IMG/VR virus record: IMGVR_UViG_3300022752_000055 | Location: 1 to 64,000 of that record | Strand: one strand, 5' to 3' | Length of the DNA: 64,000 nt | Source of the DNA: a virus | In this document: in pieces, positions 39,475-49,697 of the stretch | Numbering within the stretch: position 1 is the stretch's first letter | How the letters are laid out: each line of letters begins with the position of its first letter | Notes under the pieces: generated by a model | Told to the model about the DNA's origin: nothing | The model's input: only the letters and a program-made list of their open reading frames with translations | Databases searched by the model: none | Position numbers and translations under genes: made by a program

Positions 39475-40237
39475 TTTTTAACTTTATTGAATTAGGTTTT
39501 TTAGTTGCAAAATATCTAGAAACGTCCCTATGTTTTAATATCGGAGTTGTTGGTTTAATTATTTTTAATTTTCCATCATTCATTACGGCACCGGTTAAAG
39601 CATATCTTGGTAACACATTAACCCATATATTTAAACTATCGGGATACAACGACTTATCAGACATAAGAATGTCAACATCACTTAATACTGCCAAGTACAT
39701 TAATTTACCATATCCCATACCTTTTATATCTGAGTCAATTTTGGATAATGAAACTGAATAAGACTTTTCTGTTAATGATATTGCACCAAGATAATCATCT
39801 TCAAACCTTTTATTTAAATAAATAGAACCAACGCACATTTCAAGTTCAGGGTCAAAAAAAAAATATTGTTTATCATTACCATATTTTTTAATATAACATT
39901 CCAACTCACCCAACATTTTAATTTTTAAGAATTTTTTTGCCATAAAATAAGCCATGTTGGAAAGAACCTCAGGTTTTTTTAATTCCTCAGACATATCATC
40001 GGTGTCGTCATACTGAGCAGCTCTAGCATAATCTTTTACATCTCGTTTCTTAAATTTTTTTTGATAACCTAAAACTTTTTTAACATATTCTTTTACCGAA
40101 TTATTATATTCCTTATGGTTATCACCAATAACAATATCAAGTATGTCTTTATATGTAGGGCTCACCCTCATAACACCATCAAAAATGGTAATCTCATTAA
40201 TCTTTTTATATTGTTGTTCGGTTATAATGTATTTCAC
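39467..40237 (-). CDS. leader-bearing GNAT-like acetyltransferase
   Basis: MKYIITEQQ; IKGMGYGKLMY acetyl-CoA loop. Confidence 0.6.
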   Translation of the reverse strand: MKYIITEQQYKKINEITIFDGVMRVSPTYKDILDIVIGDNHKEYNNSVKEYVKKVLGYQKKFKKRDVKDYARAAQYDDTDDMSEELKKPEVLSNMAYFMAKKFLKIKMLGELECYIKKYGNDKQYFFFDPELEMCVGSIYLNKRFEDDYLGAISLTEKSYSVSLSKIDSDIKGMGYGKLMYLAVLSDVDILMSDKSLYPDSLNIWVNVLPRYALTGAVMNDGKLKIIKPTTPILKHRDVSRYFATKKPNSIKLKNG

Positions 40238-40242
40238 TTAAG

Positions 40243-43200
40243 TTAGTTTTTATAAAACGTGATTGATTTTCCGTAAGTCGATGCGTAATAAATTCCTCTT
40301 GGTAATTCACTAACATTTATTGTGGTACCATTAGCAACATAACTAATATTTCTAACAATACTACCCAACACATTAGTAATAACCATATTACCAGGGATAG
40401 TTGATTTTATATAAATTTTATTCTTATTTGAAATATAGTAAAAACTTGATATTATGTCATTGGTACAAGCTCTTTGAATACTGTCAATTGGTGGTACCCC
40501 TACACATCCTATAGTTGATAAAACATATCTTCTTGTTTGATAACTACCATTACAAGGCGACCATGGTTCGTACGTAAAAGTACACGGTGTTACTGCAACA
40601 GTACTGTATTTTTGATATATACCTATTGATGGTGTAGACGGAACTAAATTTCCTACAAAGTCTCTGGTAAGACCAACATTCACACCTCCGGTGGCTGCAT
40701 AACAAGTGTCACTTAAAATATTCATATCCCAATTTTGGGGATATATACTAGAACTATCAACAATAAATTTGCTGTTGATTATTCTCTCACCGGTTGCCAA
40801 ACTAGTATTGGGGCCTAACGATGTTGGAGTAAAAGTTCCAACCGCTCCCTGATACCCACTAACCAAATGGTAGATATTATTTCCGTAAAAAATCTTACCT
40901 CTCTCAGATTGTGAGTATTTAGCGTAAAACCCGTTGTTAATCCAAAATACATTGTTTCTAATGTCGAATACTGTATCCGCAAATTGATTGGTTGTTGAAC
41001 CAGCAGCAATCGGTCTCCAAGCGTTTTGAAAATTCTGTTCTGCCGGATACCGAGTTGATTTGTTAATTGGGTACGGAGGCCAAAATATAAATCCTGTATT
41101 TGCATATGTTTGACCGTCCCCTAAAGCATCTCCACCTGCATTATAACCACTCATACGAGACATTGAACCTTCAACAAAGAAGTTATTCCAAAAACGTAAA
41201 TTTTTAACCTGTGTTGCGTATGTTCCTGTTGTATTAACATATGCGATGTTACTACAATTGATAAATTTATTATAACAAATTGTGTCATCATCCGGTCCTT
41301 GTATACCACCGGGTAAGTTAGTGCCAAACTCCATACCACCACTACAATCTATGAATGTATTATATGCGATAAATGAACTATCAAAATTATTAATAGTTTC
41401 TATTGCACCACCTAATAAACCTGAACTAGATGAGTTGGGGTTAGCGTACGCCCAAGAACCTGTAATTCTATTATTAGTAATTCTATATTTACTTCCAGAC
41501 AATAACATTGGGTCAGCACCTATATCGGCATTACCTAATGTATCTGTTATCCATCCGGTAGATTTAAAGTTACTGAATTTGTTATTAGATATTTCAAACC
41601 CACTAACAAAAGACACAATCCCGTAAGCAATATTACTAAAATTACAATTTGTTACTTTAATGTTATTACACTTACATCCATCACTTCCACTACAATAACC
41701 ACTATCACCAAACCAAAGACCAGCACAAGTATAAGCTCCTGACCTTTTATCGTTAACAGGAAATCTAGTGTCGTTGAATTGAATACCATCAATTACAATC
41801 CAACTAACATTAGCGAATGCTAATACATTTTTCTCATTAGATTTAACTGTGCTTGGATATGGGTATAATAAATTTGGCCCTTCCAATGACATATTTCCGT
41901 AATAGGTAAATACGATTGGATTGGTTGCAGTCCCGGATGGAAAGTTTCTACCTTCATATCCACCACCATACCATTTAACCGAGCCGGTTGTACTATATTC
42001 AGTACCATTTGCAAATACTTCTCCTCTTTTAAATGCAAATGTATCACCCGCCAATGCAATACCACTTAAAGTATTTAATTTCGCCAAGGTCTTCCAAGGT
42101 GTTGCAGGATTTTGTGCCTGTGTTACTGTGTAACTATCACTACCTGTGTTACTGAAATAAAATTTTCTACCTCTTGTTGTTGGTGATGTGCATGTTCTTG
42201 TTAAACTATCAGTTGGAGGAACTCCCGTACAACCAACCGGAGTAGATGTATATGTTCTTGTTTGAGTTCCGTTAATACAGGTACTCCAAGTTCCGTATGT
42301 GAAAGTACAAGGTGTTGGAGTAACAGAATTGTATTGATAAATTCCTATTGAAGGAGTTATTCCAACTGTATTACCACCAAAATCTCTTGTTAATCCTACA
42401 TTCGCACCACTATTAATTGCCGGTGATGTGCTTGTTAATCTATAATCCCAATTTAAAGGATTTGTATTTGTTGTATTCACCCAAATAGTTCCTGATGTGG
42501 AAATCTCGGTACCATCTAATGTAAAGTTAGTAACACTACCATTAGATAGTTTGTATATGTTGTTAGTGTGAGTTAAATTAGTACCATTTAATTGTCCGCT
42601 TCTTGTTAAAGATAAACCATTAGACGCCTGAATTATATTATTCTTGAGTACTATAATTCCAGCTGTAGCATCCGATGTTGCTAAAGAAAACATAATACCA
42701 CTACTACCTGCAGGGTTTGTATTAGGGACAGTTTGTAACATTACATTATTATAAAATTGTAAGTTAACCACCTTTGTTCTATACTGTCCGTTGTTATTAA
42801 TATAAACTACAGTGTTGTTATTAATAATCTTGTTATAATATATTTTATTATTTTGAATTAAATTATTAGCAACTCCATCATTAGTACTACCAAATTCAAA
42901 AATACCATTACAGTCATAAAATGTATTGTAAGCAATTATGTTATTTTCAATTACAGAACCTTCTTCAAAAAATTCTACACCTCCACCATCAAATGTATAA
43001 TCATAACTAGCGGCATAACAATCATGAAAGTAGTTGTTAGTGACAGTATTATTTGAACTAGATAGTTGAACCGGAACTCCACCATAATCATCATCAGGAT
43101 TAACCGATGTTGGTGTATTTCTTATCATTCTAAGATTTCCTATGTCACACGAATCTACTGTGTTACCGTTATTTCCGGGTGGAAAATACACACCATAACC

Positions 43201-43671
43201 GGTTCTATCCATCCTACATTTTCTAATAACTACACCCGTACATCCTTGATATGTAGCAAATACGTTTTGTATTTTGGCTTGTATATACCTATCAGTAAAT
43301 GAGATGGTTGTATCACTAATGTTCCAACCATAAAATGTTATGTTTGTACAGCCATTTAGCGTAATTAATACACTTATTGTTGAGTTTGTACCCCAAAATA
43401 ATGGGTCGGCACCGGTTCCATAAGTACCAAAGTAAATGTTAGATTTACTGTTTAATGTTAATGTACCTGTAAATTTACCACCTTTAGCAAATAAAACAGA
43501 ATCACCATTAGCAACATTACTTTGTGCCTTAGATAATGTTTTCCAAGGTGTTGCCGGATTTTGAGCTTGTGTTGTTGTGTAAGTATCATTTCCTGATTCA
43601 CTTACGTAGAATTTTCTTGCATTTGCCGTTATAGACAAAACAAGAAATAAACAAGTTAATAATTTTTTCAT
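40243..43671 (-). CDS. secreted duplicated parallel beta-helix protein with TSP1-like repeats and a T9SS-type C-terminal domain
   Basis: Sec signal MKKLLTCLFLVLSITANA; two RKFY.S..G.D.YT.TQAQNPATPWKTL modules; two CTFTY..WS.C.G..QTR repeats; terminal TNVLGSIV...INVSELPRGIYY...FYKN. Confidence 0.8.
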   Translation of the reverse strand: MKKLLTCLFLVLSITANARKFYVSESGNDTYTTTQAQNPATPWKTLSKAQSNVANGDSVLFAKGGKFTGTLTLNSKSNIYFGTYGTGADPLFWGTNSTISVLITLNGCTNITFYGWNISDTTISFTDRYIQAKIQNVFATYQGCTGVVIRKCRMDRTGYGVYFPPGNNGNTVDSCDIGNLRMIRNTPTSVNPDDDYGGVPVQLSSSNNTVTNNYFHDCYAASYDYTFDGGGVEFFEEGSVIENNIIAYNTFYDCNGIFEFGSTNDGVANNLIQNNKIYYNKIINNNTVVYINNNGQYRTKVVNLQFYNNVMLQTVPNTNPAGSSGIMFSLATSDATAGIIVLKNNIIQASNGLSLTRSGQLNGTNLTHTNNIYKLSNGSVTNFTLDGTEISTSGTIWVNTTNTNPLNWDYRLTSTSPAINSGANVGLTRDFGGNTVGITPSIGIYQYNSVTPTPCTFTYGTWSTCINGTQTRTYTSTPVGCTGVPPTDSLTRTCTSPTTRGRKFYFSNTGSDSYTVTQAQNPATPWKTLAKLNTLSGIALAGDTFAFKRGEVFANGTEYSTTGSVKWYGGGYEGRNFPSGTATNPIVFTYYGNMSLEGPNLLYPYPSTVKSNEKNVLAFANVSWIVIDGIQFNDTRFPVNDKRSGAYTCAGLWFGDSGYCSGSDGCKCNNIKVTNCNFSNIAYGIVSFVSGFEISNNKFSNFKSTGWITDTLGNADIGADPMLLSGSKYRITNNRITGSWAYANPNSSSSGLLGGAIETINNFDSSFIAYNTFIDCSGGMEFGTNLPGGIQGPDDDTICYNKFINCSNIAYVNTTGTYATQVKNLRFWNNFFVEGSMSRMSGYNAGGDALGDGQTYANTGFIFWPPYPINKSTRYPAEQNFQNAWRPIAAGSTTNQFADTVFDIRNNVFWINNGFYAKYSQSERGKIFYGNNIYHLVSGYQGAVGTFTPTSLGPNTSLATGERIINSKFIVDSSSIYPQNWDMNILSDTCYAATGGVNVGLTRDFVGNLVPSTPSIGIYQKYSTVAVTPCTFTYEPWSPCNGSYQTRRYVLSTIGCVGVPPIDSIQRACTNDIISSFYYISNKNKIYIKSTIPGNMVITNVLGSIVRNISYVANGTTINVSELPRGIYYASTYGKSITFYKN

Positions 43672-43693
43672 TTTTTTAATTTTTTATATACAG

Positions 43694-43708
43694 TTAAAAA
43701 TCGTGCCA
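43694..43708 (-). promoter_or_regulatory. possible sigma54-type promoter
   Basis: TGGCACG-ATTT-TTAA, 23 nt upstream of the ATG; the -12 element is imperfect. Confidence 0.35.
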
Positions 43709-43714
43709 GTTTTT

Positions 43715-44209
43715 TTAAAAATCTATTCCTTCAACAAATACTGGAAGTCCAATATTTGGTTCCCAATTTTCTTTTATGTGCTCCATTACTTTCATTAATG
43801 AATCTGCGGAGTCTCCCTCATCAATTCCTTCAACAAGTATTTCATCCTTTTCTTTTGGAGTTACCAACTTTATCTTATTTCCGTTTTCAAAATATTCAAA
43901 CCCATATCCATCTTCATCAATTATATTACTTACTTGAAATGAATTATCGTCAAGTATCATAATATCTCTATAATCAATAAGGTCAGCATTAATGAGTCTT
44001 GACATTGCTTCATTTGAAAAAATTATTTCTTCAGCATCATCCGAAGGTTGTTCTTCTGTTTCAAATTCTTCATCAGGATTTTTAAGTATATGCAATTCTT
44101 CGGGAGTTAAAGAATCCTTACCAAACTCATACATTTTATCTAAGATTCTATCAACCTCTTCTTGGTTAATTAATTTCTTATATTGTTCTTCTGTTATTAT
44201 AATTTTCAT
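43715..44209 (-). CDS. leader-bearing acidic protein (class B)
   Basis: MKIIITEEQ; VDRILDKMYEFGKDSLTPEE. Confidence 0.75.
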   Translation of the reverse strand: MKIIITEEQYKKLINQEEVDRILDKMYEFGKDSLTPEELHILKNPDEEFETEEQPSDDAEEIIFSNEAMSRLINADLIDYRDIMILDDNSFQVSNIIDEDGYGFEYFENGNKIKLVTPKEKDEILVEGIDEGDSADSLMKVMEHIKENWEPNIGLPVFVEGIDF

Positions 44210-44221
44210 ATTTAATAAGTA

Positions 44222-44788
44222 TTACGGAATGTAAACTCTTACATTTTTATATCCTTTAGATGCTAAATAATCTTTGGCAAGGTTTTTAATTGAAAATTTA
44301 ACCCTTTGACTATTATATGCATCTTTTTTTAAAATAATTTTAATCTCCATTTCATATTTGGTGGTTAAATCAAATCTAATTGAATGAATGCTCTCACCTT
44401 CACCGGTTGATTTCATATATTTTTTTAAATCTTTAAGAAATTTCTCTCCAAATTCTTTTTTATTTATATAAGTTGTAAAAATGTGAAATCTATCAATTCC
44501 AATAGATTCGGCAATGTCGTCAAATTTTGTATCTGCTTCTTTTATGTGGGAGTAATCGCCTTTTGCATATCTTTCGGCATCAATATCCATAGATAAATCT
44601 AACTCATTCCTACTTTTATTATTTTCCAAATCCTTAAACTCATTATATGAGGAAAGTTTTAGTTCATCGTTGGGGAACTCTCTTCTAATTTCCTTCATAA
44701 AAACTTTAACATTTCTTGGGAGGTCAGATTCATCTCTATATACACTATGCTCTAATGTATTGTTATGTGTGTAAAAAATAGTTGGCAT
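44222..44788 (-). CDS. hypothetical protein
   Basis: 188-aa ORF; TATTTAT upstream. Confidence 0.75.
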   Translation of the reverse strand: MPTIFYTHNNTLEHSVYRDESDLPRNVKVFMKEIRREFPNDELKLSSYNEFKDLENNKSRNELDLSMDIDAERYAKGDYSHIKEADTKFDDIAESIGIDRFHIFTTYINKKEFGEKFLKDLKKYMKSTGEGESIHSIRFDLTTKYEMEIKIILKKDAYNSQRVKFSIKNLAKDYLASKGYKNVRVYIP

Positions 44789-44800
44789 AATTAATAAATA

Positions 44801-45199
44801 TTAACCCGCAATTGTTTTAACGGGAAGTTCAAATGTTTTCTCAAACCATATTTTAAATCCTGGCTTCCATTCTCCTCTACCAAAAGTTGAATTTAAAGTT
44901 TCAACAAGGTCATTTCTAATAATTTCAATTAGTGGTGCCTTTTCCGCCCAATTATTAATCATATTAATGTTACTTTCGGGGTCAAGACTTTCATAATATT
45001 CTTTAAATATATATTCAAAAAGTGGTTCGTATTCAATATTATTTTTATAATCATCATCATAAAACATAATGAGATTATCATCCATACTCTCTGTTTCATA
45101 GTTAAATGAAGATTCATTATATATCCCATCTTTAAACAAATGTTCCAAGAATAAAACAACCACCTTATTTAATCTATTTTCTGTAATAATGTATTTCAT
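44801..45199 (-). CDS. leader-bearing hypothetical protein (class B)
   Basis: MKYIITENRL; C-terminal WFEKTFELPV. Confidence 0.75.
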   Translation of the reverse strand: MKYIITENRLNKVVVLFLEHLFKDGIYNESSFNYETESMDDNLIMFYDDDYKNNIEYEPLFEYIFKEYYESLDPESNINMINNWAEKAPLIEIIRNDLVETLNSTFGRGEWKPGFKIWFEKTFELPVKTIAG

Positions 45200-45203
45200 A
45201 ATT

Positions 45204-45467
45204 TTATGCGGTGTTAACCCATATTATTCTATAATTAAATACTTCCCCTGTATAATCCAAAATTTCATCTATATAATCTTGAATATCATCTTCCTGTTCC
45301 TGTTCGGTTCCGTCAACATAAATTGTTACGTTAAACAAACCATTTATAAGAGAATAAGATTCGCTCACATCTTTAGTCTCAACTTTTTCAACCTCATAGA
45401 ATTTTTCCGGCAACATAGTTGACAATAGTTTCTTAAACATTTTATATTTTTGTTCTATACTCATCAT
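45204..45467 (-). CDS. hypothetical protein
   Basis: 87-aa ORF. Confidence 0.65.
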   Translation of the reverse strand: MMSIEQKYKMFKKLLSTMLPEKFYEVEKVETKDVSESYSLINGLFNVTIYVDGTEQEQEDDIQDYIDEILDYTGEVFNYRIIWVNTA

Positions 45468-45772
45468 ATTATTTTTCCAATTATAACCTCAGGATATTTT
45501 TTATTTAGGTATCTTATCATAGATTGATTCAATTCTTGTTGGGTTATGTCAAGAATTGAATTTGCATCACCAAAGATTGGTCCATGTGAAAACCATACTC
45601 CATCATCATCATTCATAGGATGTCCCACAAGCATATTTTCATCATCAAAAATACCAACCCATGTATCACCAAATTCCATTTCTTCTTCACCATAAAAAGA
45701 ATCTTTAAATCTATCATCAAAATAACGAAACATTATTTTATCAATCTGCTTATCAGTTAATTCATTTCCCAT
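45464..45772 (-). CDS. hypothetical protein
   Basis: 102-aa ORF; TATTTAT upstream. Confidence 0.7.
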   Translation of the reverse strand: MGNELTDKQIDKIMFRYFDDRFKDSFYGEEEMEFGDTWVGIFDDENMLVGHPMNDDDGVWFSHGPIFGDANSILDITQQELNQSMIRYLNKKYPEVIIGKII

Positions 45773-45798
45773 AACAATAAATATAATAAAGATAAAAT

Positions 45799-45825
45799 AA
45801 AAAACCCCACTTTAAGGGTGGGGTT
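45799..45825 (-). terminator. intrinsic terminator
   Basis: AACCCCAC...GTGGGGTT with an A6 flank. Confidence 0.75.
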
Positions 45826-45845
45826 ATATAGTTTAAAATGTTTTA

Positions 45846-46391
45846 TTATAGATATTTGTGCCCTTGTTTAACGTTTTGAGGACTTGGTTCATCTTCTGGT
45901 TGTGCTTGATGCATAATTGGTGGTAATTTTTTACACCAATTTGCCTCAATAGAATCCACCAAACCTTTACTTAAAGTACCATGATGAGTAATTCCGGATT
46001 TAAAAGAATCAATATTTTTCATTGAAACAAATTCAGCTTCCCTAGTTATTGGAAGGTCTTTTTCAGGTATTGAAGAAGTTTTACATTTATAGATTATGGT
46101 AAAATCTATGTTATCTACGCTAGGGTTAAAACCTCCACCGTCGGCCAACCTACCTTTCTTAGCAGTAATTGATACCATTCTTGGTGTGTCGTATAACTCA
46201 AATTTTCCGGAAATATTAGTTATCATATATTGAATAATATCTTTACCCATAAAAAATGTTGATGTTGCATCTTTTAATTCAGCATTTAAATTATCATTTA
46301 AACTCTTAACATCTATATCTTGTTCCATAATAATTCTTCTAACCAATCTTGTTAAATCATTTTCTGTTAATCTTACAATTCTTTTTACCAT
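45846..46391 (-). CDS. leader-bearing hypothetical protein (class A)
   Basis: MVKRIVRLTENDLTRLVRRIIMEQ. Confidence 0.8.
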   Translation of the reverse strand: MVKRIVRLTENDLTRLVRRIIMEQDIDVKSLNDNLNAELKDATSTFFMGKDIIQYMITNISGKFELYDTPRMVSITAKKGRLADGGGFNPSVDNIDFTIIYKCKTSSIPEKDLPITREAEFVSMKNIDSFKSGITHHGTLSKGLVDSIEANWCKKLPPIMHQAQPEDEPSPQNVKQGHKYL

Positions 46392-46425
46392 AATATATTT
46401 TTATTTATAAATATATGGATATTCA

Positions 46426-46788
46426 CTAATGATTAAACGAAGGTGGAATAAATTTCATTAAATCTCTAACTTTTTTCATATCATGTTTATCGGCAAACCA
46501 TTCCTTAATATATATCATTGATTCATTGCCATCCATAGAAAAAAAACTTGACACCATATTACACAACTCGTTTCCCCTATATATTTTTATGCGTTCACCA
46601 TCGTTCCAAACATTAAAAGATAATATGAGGGTTCGGTTATTTGAATATATGTAATATAATGTTGCCAAATCACTTTTAAAATTTAATGGGTTAAATCGCA
46701 ATTGTTTTGATTTTTCGCAAATCACACCATCACCAACATATGAATCCAAAAATTTAAAAATTACCTTATACATTTTATCTTTTACCAT
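46426..46788 (-). CDS. hypothetical protein
   Basis: Start moved to MVKDKMYK, after TATATTTG at 46796-46803. Confidence 0.7.
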   Translation of the reverse strand: MVKDKMYKVIFKFLDSYVGDGVICEKSKQLRFNPLNFKSDLATLYYIYSNNRTLILSFNVWNDGERIKIYRGNELCNMVSSFFSMDGNESMIYIKEWFADKHDMKKVRDLMKFIPPSFNH

Positions 46789-47075
46789 AATAAAGCAAAT
46801 ATAATAAAACATAATTAAACCATCAAAAAAAGGGGCGGGGGGATTAAACCGACCGAAGGGAGGGGACGAAGTCCGGCGGTCAAGAAATAAACAATAAATT
46901 AATATTGTTTTACGCATTCCAAACATATTTATAAATGATGAAAAAAATTAAAAGAAAACATTTAAGAAAAAAACTATTATTAATGCTACATAAGGGCATT
47001 AAATTCAAAGGGGAAAGCATCGCGAGAACCACCGGGTTATTATAAAAAAACCCCTCCGGTAAATAGGGGGGATAG

Positions 47076-47663
47076 TTATTTTGATTTCATATACTTAGCA
47101 TATCCTTTCCGGATTTTATTGGTGAAATGTTTTGAAAGTTCAAAAAATCCTTCAACATCATCGACCTCACCATTTTCATCTTCATACATAGTTAAAGTAC
47201 GCCACTCAATCTCCCCTCTATAATCCTTATAATCTTCGGCGTCAAATTCATTGGGGGTGGTTTCAGATATTGCAGTATCTAAAAACTCTTCAAAAATTTT
47301 AATTCTCCTTCTATAAAAAGTATCAACGGATTCAGTTATATCATCGTCATCATAAAATTCCATAACCCCATCATAATAACTTTCAATATCATCCCAATAG
47401 GTTTTTAAAATATATTCCATAAGTTCATCAAGTTCTTTGGGGGTTAAATCTAAACCACACATATCAACAACTTTTAAAACAATTTCATCAGCATACTCGT
47501 CTAAACTATATTCTTCAGGGTCAGTCTCAGTAAGAGAATCATTAACATATTCATCAATGTTTTCCATTCTTCTCTTTATGAATAAACTCATATCTTCATT
47601 TATAATCTTTTTAACAATTCTATTTAAATCCGATTCAGTTAATCTTACTATTCTGTTTGCCAT
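47076..47663 (-). CDS. leader-bearing protein with two RR-family domains
   Basis: Class A leader; FIKRR and FYRRR domains separated by ITE. Confidence 0.75.
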   Translation of the reverse strand: MANRIVRLTESDLNRIVKKIINEDMSLFIKRRMENIDEYVNDSLTETDPEEYSLDEYADEIVLKVVDMCGLDLTPKELDELMEYILKTYWDDIESYYDGVMEFYDDDDITESVDTFYRRRIKIFEEFLDTAISETTPNEFDAEDYKDYRGEIEWRTLTMYEDENGEVDDVEGFFELSKHFTNKIRKGYAKYMKSK

Positions 47664-47754
47664 AATATATTTTTAATAATAAATATCTCATTATAATAAA
47701 AAACCCCCTCACTAATTGGGGGGGGATTACGTTTATAAAATCTTTCCATATATA

Positions 47755-48027
47755 TTAACAATCTTCCTGTGAATTTATATAATATTGTTTTATATATTCT
47801 TCCTTATATTGTTTTATATAATCAATAATATCATCACCATTAAGATTATTAAAATTAAACAAAATCAAAGCAATTTTTAAATCCTCCATCACCCCAAGAT
47901 AAAAATGAGAATCATTTGAATAATCACAAGGGCTAGTCGCATCTAATACCGTATCCAAAAATTTATCAATAAAATGTAATCTTCTTCTAAGTGAAAGATT
48001 TTGTTCTTCTGTAATAATATACCTCAT
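47755..48027 (-). CDS. leader-bearing RR-family protein
   Basis: MRYIITEEQNLSLRRRL. Confidence 0.75.
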   Translation of the reverse strand: MRYIITEEQNLSLRRRLHFIDKFLDTVLDATSPCDYSNDSHFYLGVMEDLKIALILFNFNNLNGDDIIDYIKQYKEEYIKQYYINSQEDC

Positions 48028-48145
48028 ATCTCATAAATACAAAAAAATTCCAAAAATTTTTTTTTATATATGGGGGACTAATTTTAAGAAGGGGGTCGTG
48101 TTCTAGGAAATAAAAAACCCCTCATTAATTGGAGGGGGGGGTTAG

Positions 48146-48877
48146 TTATAATATCTTATTACTCTTACTTAAATTATCCTCCGCCCATAATGGTTGAAGA
48201 TTACTATAATGTGATAATTTAATTAATTCCTCCTCACTTTTTGCAGATGAAATCGGGGTTATATGGTCTATATGCCATTCACCTCTATTCTCCCAAGTCA
48301 TCCCCTCCAAAAATTTTGTTTCCATATATAACTTAAACCCACCATAACTTATACCAACAATAGTTTCCGTATTTTTATCAAATTTTTTATACCCTTGTTT
48401 TCTAAATGAATTACGTATAAGGTTTCTTAACCTGACTTTCATCGCAAACAATTCGTCATTCTCCCATCTACGTTTCCATTTTTTATATAGACGAACTTTT
48501 TCTTTTTGTTTTTTTATTTCTTTCCATTCATCACTTTTATGATACTCTTTTAATTTATTATATTCTTCTTTTTTACTTTCTCTTTCCTTTATCTTTAATT
48601 CCCTCTGTTCTTTTTTTAGTTGTTTTTCTTTTAATAAAAGTTCTTTTTGTTTTTTTCTTTCTTCTCGTATAATTTTATTTTTTTCTTTTATTTTTTGTTC
48701 GTATTTTTTCCCATTCTCCTTTATTCTTAATTTTCCTTTTTCGGTCTTACTCCATTTATCAAAATTAACTTTATTACTTATCTTACGACAATTTTTACAC
48801 CTACCTTTTGGTTTTCCATTTTCACAATAAAATTCGTCAAATGGTAGTTCTAATTTACATTCACAACATATTTTCAT
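48146..48877 (-). CDS. HNH endonuclease with an N-terminal Zn ribbon
   Basis: CCECK...CKNC; WHIDHITP...HYSNLQPLWAEDNLSKSNK; start moved to 48877. Confidence 0.85.
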   Translation of the reverse strand: MKICCECKLELPFDEFYCENGKPKGRCKNCRKISNKVNFDKWSKTEKGKLRIKENGKKYEQKIKEKNKIIREERKKQKELLLKEKQLKKEQRELKIKERESKKEEYNKLKEYHKSDEWKEIKKQKEKVRLYKKWKRRWENDELFAMKVRLRNLIRNSFRKQGYKKFDKNTETIVGISYGGFKLYMETKFLEGMTWENRGEWHIDHITPISSAKSEEELIKLSHYSNLQPLWAEDNLSKSNKIL

Positions 48878-49059
48878 AATAATAAATATAGGGGATTGTA
48901 CCCCATAAATCAAGATTTTTTCCAAAAATTTTTTTCTGTATATCACCCCCTCTTTTATAAACACCCCGTCGTTTTTTATATGTAGGGACATTTAATTAGG
49001 TAAGGGGTTAATTTTCTGGAAAAAATTATTTTGATTAACATAGACTATTGTCCCCCCTA

Positions 49060-49270
49060 TTTCAGTCATTTTGTCATATATAACGGGGGATACCGGGGGG
49101 AGGGGGTAGTTATCCCCATCCGGGGGGGAGTTATCCACCGGGGTATGTGGATAAATAAAGTTATCCACATTATATCCCCCTCCCTATATAAGTTATTAAC
49201 ATTGTCATAGTGTCATGTGGATAACTTATGTTGTATATGTCTTGACAATGTCATACCTTCGTGTCAAATA
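49060..49270. promoter_or_regulatory. DnaA-box cluster 1 (putative replication origin)
   Basis: Perfect TTATCCACA/TGTGGATAA at 49146, 49161 and 49216; one-mismatch boxes at 49110 and 49131; TGTCA repeats. Confidence 0.7.
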
Positions 49271-49277
49271 ATATCAT

Positions 49278-49697
49278 ATGTCATATAACAATTCAATGTC
49301 GGAAGAACAGATTCTCAAGTTTAATAAGTATGTTGCAAAGCACACCAAGAAGGTTATGATAGATAAGGTAATAGAGGTGGATAGACATAGAACGAAGTTA
49401 AAGGTTAGGGTATGTTCGGTTATTCCTCCCAACGGAAGATGGGGGAACTTCAGGATTAATGTTAAGGTATTGGAGTCAATGGTTGAGATGGCGGTTAGGG
49501 ATGATGCCGGTTTTATTGTTAGGGATAACAATGGGGACATTGTATATAAGTATGTTCCCCGTCGTTTACGTAGGAGTGAAGTTAATTGGGCGAACAATGA
49601 AATAAGGAGAAGGGTTGGTTATAGGGTTGAAGAGATGATAGAGTTCTTTGGTATTGAATCTTGGAGGGTTAAGGTTGAGAAGGTAAACCACTCATAA
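49278..49697 (+). CDS. hypothetical basic protein
   Basis: 139-aa ORF between the DnaA-box clusters. Confidence 0.7.
   Translation: MSYNNSMSEEQILKFNKYVAKHTKKVMIDKVIEVDRHRTKLKVRVCSVIPPNGRWGNFRINVKVLESMVEMAVRDDAGFIVRDNNGDIVYKYVPRRLRRSEVNWANNEIRRRVGYRVEEMIEFFGIESWRVKVEKVNHS

Noticed and set aside
46789-46926. Long N-terminal extensions of several track ORFs (46926, 48991, 50926, 34876, 54621)
   Set aside because: They cross promoter motifs, DnaA boxes or neighbouring genes; downstream starts fit better.
48041-49020. Target-site duplication around the HNH gene
   Set aside because: The similar flanks (CCAAAAATTTTTTT, GGGGT...TTCT.GGAAA) are short and low-complexity, so they are not convincing.
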